From Pseudomonadota bacterium (GTDB lineage Bacteria; Pseudomonadota; Gammaproteobacteria; Steroidobacterales; Steroidobacteraceae): 64,000 bases of DNA. Shown here in pieces: positions 43,601-50,895 of this stretch; positions within the stretch are counted from its first letter, which is position 1, and the number at the start of each line of letters is the position of its first letter. The notes under the pieces were generated by a model, which had not been told where the DNA came from, ran no database searches, and saw only the letters and a list, made by a program, of their open reading frames with translations. The position numbers and the translations under genes were made by a program. The stretch spans positions 1,674 to 65,673 of the forward strand of contig JAJYFU010000002.1 in NCBI GenBank assembly GCA_021790795.1, given 5' to 3'.

Positions 43601-43674
43601 GGGTGTTTCTCACCACCCAGACCGCAGGGCAGCCCTGGGAAGGCCACATCCGTCTGAAATTGCAGCTGAAATAG
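40603..43674 (+). CDS. large membrane-anchored periplasmic protein, DUF748/AsmA-like
   Basis: 1023-aa ORF preceded by GGGGAG. N-terminal anchor RRRWLIGLGAVVLLAAAYLW and long repetitive beta-rich sequence. The family assignment is from overall resemblance only. Confidence 0.5.
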   Translation: MRFRMAIRLPRRRWLIGLGAVVLLAAAYLWAGYVLAPRMIRSAAMRWAAAHPGLALALGPIKVDPIRFTASIRDIGLTERGRPLATIALLRVGVAPLSVFERAYRITLLDLEQPVVHARIRRNGSINLDALRASSGPSGAPAPAVRIQKLTLEQGEISLTDGRRTPAARLTLAPISLRLMHFRTWGAPDGRFTLQARAQDGARLLWQGTVGMSPIASAGTVALTDLDVPLLAQFLPRSLPMTPATGRLSLRGGYTVRDGGKGLGLGLSGLRLAATGLTINGGGRLHGLLRIGGVSAQGGALKVVAGRSAQGSLLRFSVDNASLTGAGPARGQQIQLAHLRLADARFDARRQRLAAASLVLTGLRLPVTREKNGTLNLTRWLPAAAHPQTHAAAASPPRKWHVALNRLVVSDAVVPVQDLAVSPAVRLQIAPLSVTLRSLSDDTSRVVPFRLTARIDRQGSVQLAGRIVPATRTGTLTLSMAYVPLAPFTAYLPPALAVEIHSGALRATGAAVLAAGKLTRFTGGMGVYNVQLLDRTGGGALIGWQALLLHKIRYRPNRLHIRFVRLVAPAGLIAILPNRSWNLAALMPAPAGPTHPRAPHPPPKAAGPAFSARVNRLFIVDGTITFADESVEPHFRAPIRRLHGVILNLSSAPNALSSIALAGEVTDRFSPVTVAGKFNVYGLGRDTNIRATFKNIQLPIFDPYSDLYAGYAIAKGELTTRFHYRIVDRELHAEHHIIVRELQWGGPSASKQSVGWPIRLATALLKNPDGVIRISLPVTGSLNDPSFHITSIVWKMLEHLLEKAALAPFELVGQLFPGAQRAQDVEFIPGSAALPPGAAASLSDLGRALAARPALQIDIPAGPAGPDDAMALEDARIDTLIMAGDRHPHPAGIFTLPLPERLRRFAALYRARLGKPPVYPAHLPVPTESIPALGRILPASARETRRMQKFMHEQAEIRWLRAQLRPTVRPSRKTLAALGLARAEQVERALLATHGIDVKRVFLTTQTAGQPWEGHIRLKLQLK

Positions 43675-43792
43675 GCACGCCGCGGCGAGCGCGCCGGCGT
43701 GTGGCGGCGCCGACATGGTAGCGCTATCTTAGCGCGAGCGCTTCGAACCGGGCACGACGTCCGGCCAGTGCGTGATCGAAGGAACACGAACC

Positions 43793-45982
43793 ATGAGCCC
43801 AAGACCGACCGTCTCCGCCCGGGGCGCGCTGCGTTGGACCGCAACGGTGCTCGCAGCGGTCGTATCCGCCGCGTGCTCGGCCCGCCCACTGATATCGCCG
43901 CTCACCCTGACCTCGCGGGTCACCCTGCTCGAGCGCCCCGGGGAGCCCTTGCCGATACGACTGGCGGCGAAGAACTTGCAGAACGACTTCCGCAAAGTCT
44001 TCGGCGTCGAGCCCCGCATCGTCACGCGGCCGAGCGCGGCGGGCCCGGTCACGCTCATGATCGGTACCGAAGCCGAGATCCCACCCGCCATGCGCCCGAC
44101 CCGGCTTGCCGCCCCGGAGAGCTTCGCGATCGCCGTCGAGCCGGCCGCCTGGAATCCCGCGGCGCGCGCCGTCGTGCTGACCGGACCCGATGTCCTGGGA
44201 ACGATCTACGCCATCTACCAGTTCTCGCAGGACTATCTCGGCGTCGAGCCGATGTCGTATTGGACCGGTCAGCGCCCGCCGCGCCGGCGGCGCATCGCGT
44301 TGCCGGCGGGACTGCGGCGGATATTCCCGCCGCCGCTGTTCAAGTACCGTGGCTTCTTCATCAACGACGAGGATTTGCTCACCGGCTGGCGGCCGGCGCC
44401 CAAGAGCGAGCACACCGGCATCTCGCTACAGGTGATGAACAAGATCTACGAAACCATCCTGCGCCTGAAGGGCAACATGGTGATTCCCGGCACGTGGATC
44501 TTCCCCAACGATCCGCGCATCAAGCTCGCCGCAGAGCGCGGGTTGATCGTCACGCAGCATCATGCGATGCCCCTCGGGGTAAATGTCGCGCGCTGGCCGC
44601 CCAATGTACCCTACAACTTCACCAGGCATCCGAAGATCCTCGAGCGCGCCTGGCGCAATGCGGTGCGCGAATACGATCCGCACCAGCGGATCCTCTGGGA
44701 GGTCGGTCTGCGCGGACTATCCGACGAGTCTTACGCGGCCGTGGACCCGAGCGTACGCGGCAACAACGCCCGGCTCGGAATGCTCATCAGCAGAGCGATC
44801 GCCGCGCAGATGAGGATCGTGCGCGCCGTGCATCCGCACGCGCGGTTCGTCACGAACTTCTGGCAGGAGGGCGCGCGCCTGGAACACGATGGTGACTTGA
44901 AGATCCCACCGGGTGTCATCAAAGTCTGGGCCGATCTCGGCTACGGCATTCCCCAGGACAAAGGCGACCTTGCCCCCGGGGAGGGCGTCTACTACCACGT
45001 CGCCATGCTCAACGGCAGCGCCAATCATCTGAGCGAGATGATCCCGGTGAGCCGCATCTACACTCAACTGGGCCGCTACATCAAGGCGCGCGCAACCGCG
45101 TACTTCCTGTTGAACGTCAGCAACATCCGGCCGGTGGCGATGACGACCGAAGCCGCCATGAACGCCGTCTGGGGCGGCATACCGGCCGGTGGCGCCGCGG
45201 GCTATTACCGGCGCTGGGCGCGCCGGGAATTCGGCGCCCGCGCCGCCCCCACGCTCGCCGCGGTATACGAGCAGTACTTCCGGGCATTCGATCCGGTACG
45301 CTCGGGCCCACGCGCCGGAGATTCCTACGGCGACGAATTCTTCTTTCACCAGACCCAGCACCTGCTGATCAGTACGATGGTGCGGCCGCCATACTACTTC
45401 TTCGATGGCCAGGCGCCGAAGTGGACCCCCATCCGCATCATCGACGCCGGGCTGCACAAGCCGTTCTTCATCCACATGGGACCGAAGTGGCTGCCGCATG
45501 CCCTGCGACGCGACATCGGCTTCTGCGGTCCCGCACGGGCGCGCTGGAACACGCTCTGGAAAGCGGCCCTTGCGGCCGAGCCGCTGGTCAAACCCGCGCG
45601 CCGCCGCTACTACCGGGCGCAGATGCTCACCATGATCGCGATCAATCGCGACGGCGTGCGCATTCTCTACCGCGTGGGACGCGCGATCCGTGATTACCGC
45701 CACGGCGAGAAGGCCGCGGCCCTGCGCGAGACGCGCGGCACGCTGCCGCTGTTCGCGCAGATCCGCCGCTTGGAACGACTGGACGAATACGGCAAATGGA
45801 AGCACTGGTACCGGGGCGAGTGGCTGGTGGGAATCCGCCACACACGCGCGCTGGTGGAAGACTTCATCCACTACCTGCACGACCCAACCATGACGCTGCC
45901 ACCGCCATTCCTCGACAACGGCTGGCAGGGTTACTACCACATCACGGGATTCGAGGGCAATCGCACCGTCAACGTGCATTGA
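43793..45982 (+). CDS. glycoside hydrolase family 115-like lipoprotein
   Basis: The ATG at 43793, preceded by GAAGGA, gives a signal/lipobox-like sequence ...TVLAAVVSAAC. YRGFFINDEDLL and ...GNMVIPGTW... resemble the GH115 catalytic region. Assigned from memory, not a search. Confidence 0.5.
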   Translation: MSPRPTVSARGALRWTATVLAAVVSAACSARPLISPLTLTSRVTLLERPGEPLPIRLAAKNLQNDFRKVFGVEPRIVTRPSAAGPVTLMIGTEAEIPPAMRPTRLAAPESFAIAVEPAAWNPAARAVVLTGPDVLGTIYAIYQFSQDYLGVEPMSYWTGQRPPRRRRIALPAGLRRIFPPPLFKYRGFFINDEDLLTGWRPAPKSEHTGISLQVMNKIYETILRLKGNMVIPGTWIFPNDPRIKLAAERGLIVTQHHAMPLGVNVARWPPNVPYNFTRHPKILERAWRNAVREYDPHQRILWEVGLRGLSDESYAAVDPSVRGNNARLGMLISRAIAAQMRIVRAVHPHARFVTNFWQEGARLEHDGDLKIPPGVIKVWADLGYGIPQDKGDLAPGEGVYYHVAMLNGSANHLSEMIPVSRIYTQLGRYIKARATAYFLLNVSNIRPVAMTTEAAMNAVWGGIPAGGAAGYYRRWARREFGARAAPTLAAVYEQYFRAFDPVRSGPRAGDSYGDEFFFHQTQHLLISTMVRPPYYFFDGQAPKWTPIRIIDAGLHKPFFIHMGPKWLPHALRRDIGFCGPARARWNTLWKAALAAEPLVKPARRRYYRAQMLTMIAINRDGVRILYRVGRAIRDYRHGEKAAALRETRGTLPLFAQIRRLERLDEYGKWKHWYRGEWLVGIRHTRALVEDFIHYLHDPTMTLPPPFLDNGWQGYYHITGFEGNRTVNVH

Positions 45983-46008
45983 GCCCCGGACCCGGGGACT
46001 ATGCGCAC

Positions 46009-47001
46009 TCAGGCAGATCGCGGCTGCGAGCCGGAGTTGATCCGATCGATGGCGGCGACCAGATGGTAAGTCGCCTCGAGCAGCGGGACGTGCACGTCCC
46101 GCTGCCTCGCCCGGCGCACCATGTCCCCGAAGGTCTCCTCCACCTCGAGCCGCCGGCCGGCCTCCAGGTCCTGCAGCGCCGACATGCGGTGCTCCGGCGC
46201 GTTGACGGCGAATTCTTCGCCCGCCGCGCGTACCGCCGCGACGGCTTGTGCATCGGACCCGGACAGGATGGCCCGCAGCGGCAGGATGGCGCCTTCTTCG
46301 ATCAACTCGATGCCCGCGGCCCGGGCCACGCGCGCCGCCTCGCGCACCAGCTGCACGAGGAACCACGCGCCGTCCGGATCGCCGAGATAACGCCCCGTCA
46401 CCGTGCGCGTCGTCACCGCCAGACCGATCAGCGCCAGCCACGCGACGAATTTGCTCCACTCCCACGAGAGGATGCCCTCGACCGCGCTCGAGCGCACACC
46501 GGACTCGTCGAGAATGGCCGCAAGACGCCGGGCGCGCTCGCTGACCGTGCCGTCCAGCTCCCCAAGCATCAGGTTGACGTTGCGAGTGAAAAGAACCTCG
46601 CCGGACGGCAGCAGCTCGCCGCTGGTGTTGGCGAGGGCCCCCAGGACGCGGCCGGCGCCAAATGCATCCGCCAGCAGCTCGTCCTTCATCAGGCCGTTCT
46701 GAACCGAGAGCGCGACGCCCGCCTGCACGTGCCGCAGCCTCTCGAGCGCCGCTTGGGTACCCGGTGTTTTCGTGGCCACGATCAGATAGTCCGCGGCGCG
46801 CAGCGCGGACGGGTCGGTCAGCACCCGAACAGAACGGGTGATCTCGGCCAACCCCTTGATCCGCAGTCCTTGTTGCTCGATGTTCCGGGCACGCGCGCCG
46901 CGCGCCAGCACCACCACCGAATGGCCGGCGCGCGCCAGATGCGCGGAGATTATGGAACCGAGCGCACCCGGCCCGAGAATGACGAACTGCGCGCTGCGCA
47001 T
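46009..47001 (-). CDS. panE: 2-dehydropantoate 2-reductase (ApbA/PanE family)
   Basis: Internal ATG at 47001. N-terminal motif FVILGPGALGSIISAHLARAGHSV, and the C-terminal domain contains SALQDLEAGRRLEVE. Confidence 0.8.
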   Translation of the reverse strand: MRSAQFVILGPGALGSIISAHLARAGHSVVVLARGARARNIEQQGLRIKGLAEITRSVRVLTDPSALRAADYLIVATKTPGTQAALERLRHVQAGVALSVQNGLMKDELLADAFGAGRVLGALANTSGELLPSGEVLFTRNVNLMLGELDGTVSERARRLAAILDESGVRSSAVEGILSWEWSKFVAWLALIGLAVTTRTVTGRYLGDPDGAWFLVQLVREAARVARAAGIELIEEGAILPLRAILSGSDAQAVAAVRAAGEEFAVNAPEHRMSALQDLEAGRRLEVEETFGDMVRRARQRDVHVPLLEATYHLVAAIDRINSGSQPRSA

Positions 47002-47288
47002 GCACCTGTCTCGACGGCTTTGCACCGATTCTCGCAGCCGTACCCGTTTCCGGCAAGGCAGCGGCGCGCGCAGCGCCGCCAACATCAGTCAGTCATACGA
47101 CTTCGGGCGCGTGTGGACCGGCGGTCTCATCTTCGACAAGCAGTACGAGACGGCCTACGGCCACAACTCTCTGCCGTCCGGCCTGTTCGTGCGGCTGACT
47201 TGGCGGCCATGGTGACCCCGCATTCGGCCGACATTCCGATGGCGCGCCGCGCGCCCGGTTTCCACGCACGTCGCTCGGGGACGCGCAA

Positions 47289-47317
47289 ACGCTCGCCCGC
47301 TGAACGCGGGCGAGCGT
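47289..47317 (-). terminator. hairpin downstream of the HiPIP gene
   Basis: Perfect 12-bp stem ACGCTCGCCCGC / GCGGGCGAGCGT with a 5-nt loop, 19 nt after the hip stop. Confidence 0.5.
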
Positions 47318-47335
47318 CATCGGGTCCGCCGGCGA

Positions 47336-47695
47336 TCAGGACCGTGGGTTGAAGGATGCGCACCAACCCTGGGCGTTCACGGCGTAGCCCGGATAGATCT
47401 GGCACGCCGCGTAGCCGGACTTCTCTCCCGGCGTTCCCTGGAAGAAACGGCACAACGAGCAGTGCTCGCCGGCCTTGTACGTCGGATGCTCGGCCTTTTC
47501 GATCTCGTTGTGGTTCTGCGTGTAACCGAGGGACTTCGCCAACGGGTCGGCATCTGTCAGATGGGGCAGCTTTGCGCCCGCGGCCCGGGCCGCGCGCGGT
47601 TTCAGGCCACCGGCGATGACCGCCGCTACTGCCACGGAAGCGCCGGCAAGGAACGCGCGACGCGAGGGATCTGCTTTACTCTTCGATTCAGACAT
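47336..47695 (-). CDS. hip: high-potential iron-sulfur protein (HiPIP) with Tat leader
   Basis: 119-aa ORF. Twin-arginine leader SRRAFLAGASVAVAAV and four Cys in HiPIP spacing (CSLC...C...GWCASF). Confidence 0.88.
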   Translation of the reverse strand: MSESKSKADPSRRAFLAGASVAVAAVIAGGLKPRAARAAGAKLPHLTDADPLAKSLGYTQNHNEIEKAEHPTYKAGEHCSLCRFFQGTPGEKSGYAACQIYPGYAVNAQGWCASFNPRS

Positions 47696-47825
47696 ACATC
47701 ACCATCTCTGCTCCAAGTAAACCATAGAGTATGGGCGAAACGGTCCACGGCGGGCAACTCTCCCGAGGGGGAGGAGAGCCACCTCGACTGAGTCTATTTC
47801 GCGAAACCGGCGTCGCGCCCGCGAG

Positions 47826-48614
47826 TCATCCGTCGCCGCCGAGCAGCAGCGGACTGCGTCCCTTCGCCTCGGGCCCGACGGCATACAAGTACGGCCCCGT
47901 GACGCGCTCGGGTTGCGGATGAGCGTCGGCGGCCTCTCCCGGGTAGTGCAGACGGCGTCCCGGAGTGAGCACCGGTCCGGTATCGACTCCGAACACGCGC
48001 ACCGGATGCGCGCTGTCGGCGCGATACTCGTCCGCCAGAATTCCGATCAGCGCCTGCTGACCGGCTTTGGCCATGGCGAATGCGCCCCAATAGGCGCGGC
48101 TCACCTGCTGCAGCGAGAATCCCACGACAGGGTCCGGGGCCTTGTGCAACAGCGGCATGCACCACTGCGTGAGAAAGAACGGCGCCGCAAGGTTGATGTT
48201 CATCGCCTTGGTCCAAGTCGCCGGGGGATAGTGCTCGAAAGGCGCCAGAGCGCCTATCCAGGCGGCATTGTTGAGCAGCCCGTCGAGTCGCCCGAAGCGC
48301 TCACCGATGCGATCGGTGATCTCACGAACCCCGCCGATGGTGATCCCGGACAAATCGGCGGGGCATAACACGGGCTCGGCCGAGCCTTGCGCGGCGATCC
48401 GATCCGCGAGCGTCTCGAGCCCGGCACGATCCCAGTCCAGCAGGACCAGTTGAGCGCCGTGCCGCGCATAGCGCAGGGCCACCGCGTGCCCAATGCCATG
48501 GGCGGCGCCGGTGATCAGGATGACCCGGTCCGCGAGCAGATCGGCAGGCGCATCGTAGTCGAGTAATGCGTGGTAATCGGACACTTGGGAATCAGTGTGC
48601 CGCATAGCAGTCAC
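47826..48614 (-). CDS. YciK-like short-chain dehydrogenase/reductase family protein, atypical active site
   Basis: 262-aa ORF. The TGAAHGIG cofactor motif is present. At the YxxxK position the sequence reads GAFAMAK, so Phe replaces the catalytic Tyr. The start is GTG at 48614 or ATG at 48605. Confidence 0.8.
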   Translation of the reverse strand: MTAMRHTDSQVSDYHALLDYDAPADLLADRVILITGAAHGIGHAVALRYARHGAQLVLLDWDRAGLETLADRIAAQGSAEPVLCPADLSGITIGGVREITDRIGERFGRLDGLLNNAAWIGALAPFEHYPPATWTKAMNINLAAPFFLTQWCMPLLHKAPDPVVGFSLQQVSRAYWGAFAMAKAGQQALIGILADEYRADSAHPVRVFGVDTGPVLTPGRRLHYPGEAADAHPQPERVTGPYLYAVGPEAKGRSPLLLGGDG

Positions 48615-48621
48615 CCGACAG

Positions 48622-48659
48622 CACGTGGGATATACGTATGGCGACGTCGCGAACCACGT
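48622..48659. promoter_or_regulatory. array of four ACGT-core palindromes at about one helical turn spacing
   Basis: CACGTG (48622-48627), ATACGTAT (48632-48639), GCGACGTCGC (48641-48650), and ACGT at 48656-48659. Core-to-core spacing is 11, 10 and 12 bp. The array begins directly upstream of the SDR start codon. Confidence 0.3.
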
Positions 48660-49278
48660 AGGTACTCTTTGCCCGCGATGCCAAGATGACCAGGGGACGA
48701 ACAGTGGAGATGCCGGAGCATTTTGCGTAGAATACTCATCAGGGAACGGTGCTCTATATCATGCCCATGGTACCGGGCGGTTGCGAGCAGGCAGCCGGAA
48801 CACCGGGGTCACTCGCGTCATTCGCGCCAGCCCGGGGGTCTTGTGGATGCAGCGCTGATTTCCGCCTTTCCACTTCATTCTATTCCACGAGCGCCTGCCC
48901 GACCGGTCACGCCTTGGCCGTCGCCAGCCGCCTCGGGCACGACTGAACATCCGACGGGGCACGCGGTCGGCCTGCCCGGCTCGGCGCCGGCCACAGCGCT
49001 TGCGCGTCGGGGTGCGCTCCCCGCTCTCCTTCTCTATTGGCTGCGGAAACCTCGCGATACCTTCGCCGCGTGGATCGCCTGCTGCGTGGGCTCGTGCGTC
49101 ATCCGGCCGCCATGGTCCCCGGAACTCTTCGCGCCGCCGTAGGCGGCTGACGAGCGAGCCGGGCCAAGACCCACTCAAACTCAGGCCGCCGGACGCCGGC
49201 GGCTGCGGCGGGCAATCAGTTCCATCCCGTCTGGATTCAATGGACTGCGGTTGACACGTGGCAGCAAGGGCACAAGCC

Positions 49279-49959
49279 ATGAAAAATGAGACGCGACAAG
49301 CAGAAGAAACGGTGGTCATGGACTCGATCCGACCCCCGCAGCAGACGGACAAGGGGCGCCGGAACTTCTTGATCGCCGCCGCCGGAGTGCTGGGCGCCGG
49401 CGCGGTGGGATTGTTCGCCGACGCGCTGATAGACAACATGAACCCCGGCAAGGCCGTCGAGGCGCTGGGCGCCCCCATCGAGGTGGATGTGAGCCGGCTG
49501 GAGCCGGGTCAATTGATCCTCGCCGAATGGAAGAAGAAACCTATCTGGATTCTCAAGCGCGAGCCGTGGATGCTGCAGACGCTCTCCGAGCCCTCGCTCC
49601 TCAGGCGCCTGAAGGATCCACGCAGCGAGCAGAATCAGCAGCCCGCCGCGCAATTCATAAACGGCAATTACCGCGCATTGCGCCCCGATATATTCATCGC
49701 GGTTGCGTTGTGCACCCACATGCAGTGCATCCCCGCCTACCGGCCCGCGCCGCACACCGTGACACCCTGGTGGCCCGGGGGATTCCACTGCCCCTGTCAC
49801 GGGTCGATGTACGACTTCTCGGCGCGGGTCGTGGAAGGCTCACCCGCGCCGCTCAATATCCCGATACCGCCTTACTACTGGAAGACGAACACCGTGGCAC
49901 GCATCGGTGAAGTGAATGCCGCCGGTCTCGACAAGGACTGGTCGCCGGACATCTGGTGA
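49279..49959 (+). CDS. petA: ubiquinol-cytochrome c reductase Rieske iron-sulfur subunit
   Basis: Tat leader GRRNFLIAAAG and Rieske boxes CTHMQC and CPCHGS. The start is ambiguous (GTG 49258, ATG 49279 or ATG 49318). Confidence 0.9.
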   Translation: MKNETRQAEETVVMDSIRPPQQTDKGRRNFLIAAAGVLGAGAVGLFADALIDNMNPGKAVEALGAPIEVDVSRLEPGQLILAEWKKKPIWILKREPWMLQTLSEPSLLRRLKDPRSEQNQQPAAQFINGNYRALRPDIFIAVALCTHMQCIPAYRPAPHTVTPWWPGGFHCPCHGSMYDFSARVVEGSPAPLNIPIPPYYWKTNTVARIGEVNAAGLDKDWSPDIW

Positions 49960-50018
49960 TCACCGCGACGCAGACAGGCGGCACTTCGAGCCGAACACAG
50001 ATGAAGGAAACAGCCACA

Positions 50019-50807
50019 ATGAAATCCGTCTTGGCCGCACTCATCATCGCTGTTCTGGGCGTACCGCTCGCACAGGCGAAGACCGACTATCACGGCCTTC
50101 CTCCGGCGGGCGCGGCGGCACTGGGCGCGCCACAGGCCACGGTCTGCGCCGCCTGTCACGGCAGCAACGGAATCGGGACCTCCCCGGTGTACCCGAACCT
50201 GGCCGGACAGAACTTCAATTACATCCTCAAGCAGCTGGAGAACTTCCGCAGCGGCGCCAGAAAGAACAGCATCATGTCCGCCATGGCCATGACGATCCCG
50301 CCGTCCAAGGATCACGCGAATCTGAAGGACATCGCCGCGTATTTCGCGCAGCTGAAACCGATGTGGACGCATGCCTCGGCGGGAACCGCCGCCGATCACG
50401 CGCAGATCGAGCTCGGCAAGAGCATCTACCAGCATGGCGTGGCTCGCAAGAACATCCCCGCCTGCGCGGCCTGCCACGAATTGGGCGGCGAAGGCAACGA
50501 CCCGATGGCGATACCCGTCCTCGCCGGGCAGCACGCCGCCTACCTCGTCACGCAGCTCCAGCAATTCGCAAGCGGCGCCCGCCACAACACCCCGGGCCAC
50601 GTCATGCACATGATCGCACGGCAGTTGAACGCCAAGCAGGAGGCGGCGCTCGCCGCTTATCTGCGGCAGCTCGATCCGGCCACCTCGCTCGGAATAGGCC
50701 CGAAGGACTTCTCGGCGTATGCCAGGATGGTGGTCGCGCGCCACGCGCCGGCCGGCGAGGCCGCCCGGCGCTCGCCAGCGGCGGCCGCGGGCAAATCGGC
50801 GCACTGA
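50019..50807 (+). CDS. dihaem cytochrome c4
   Basis: The ATG at 50019, preceded by AAGGA, gives signal peptide MKSVLAALIIAVLGVPLAQA. Two haem motifs, CAACHGSNG and CAACHELGG, each sit in a c4-type half-domain. Confidence 0.88.
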   Translation: MKSVLAALIIAVLGVPLAQAKTDYHGLPPAGAAALGAPQATVCAACHGSNGIGTSPVYPNLAGQNFNYILKQLENFRSGARKNSIMSAMAMTIPPSKDHANLKDIAAYFAQLKPMWTHASAGTAADHAQIELGKSIYQHGVARKNIPACAACHELGGEGNDPMAIPVLAGQHAAYLVTQLQQFASGARHNTPGHVMHMIARQLNAKQEAALAAYLRQLDPATSLGIGPKDFSAYARMVVARHAPAGEAARRSPAAAAGKSAH

Positions 50808-50895
50808 GTCATGCCCCGATGCGATGCCGGGACTTGCCAATTTGCCAAGAGGGCGGATCTAGCCGCCATCCATGTACTGGAAGGGCTGAAACTCC

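Noticed and set aside
48723-49142. 139-aa plus-strand ORF, with other short ORFs, inside the long SDR-petA spacer
   Set aside because: Its Pro/Arg/Ser-rich composition is implausible. It has no RBS and no motifs, and it is overlapped by equally long ORFs on the other strand.
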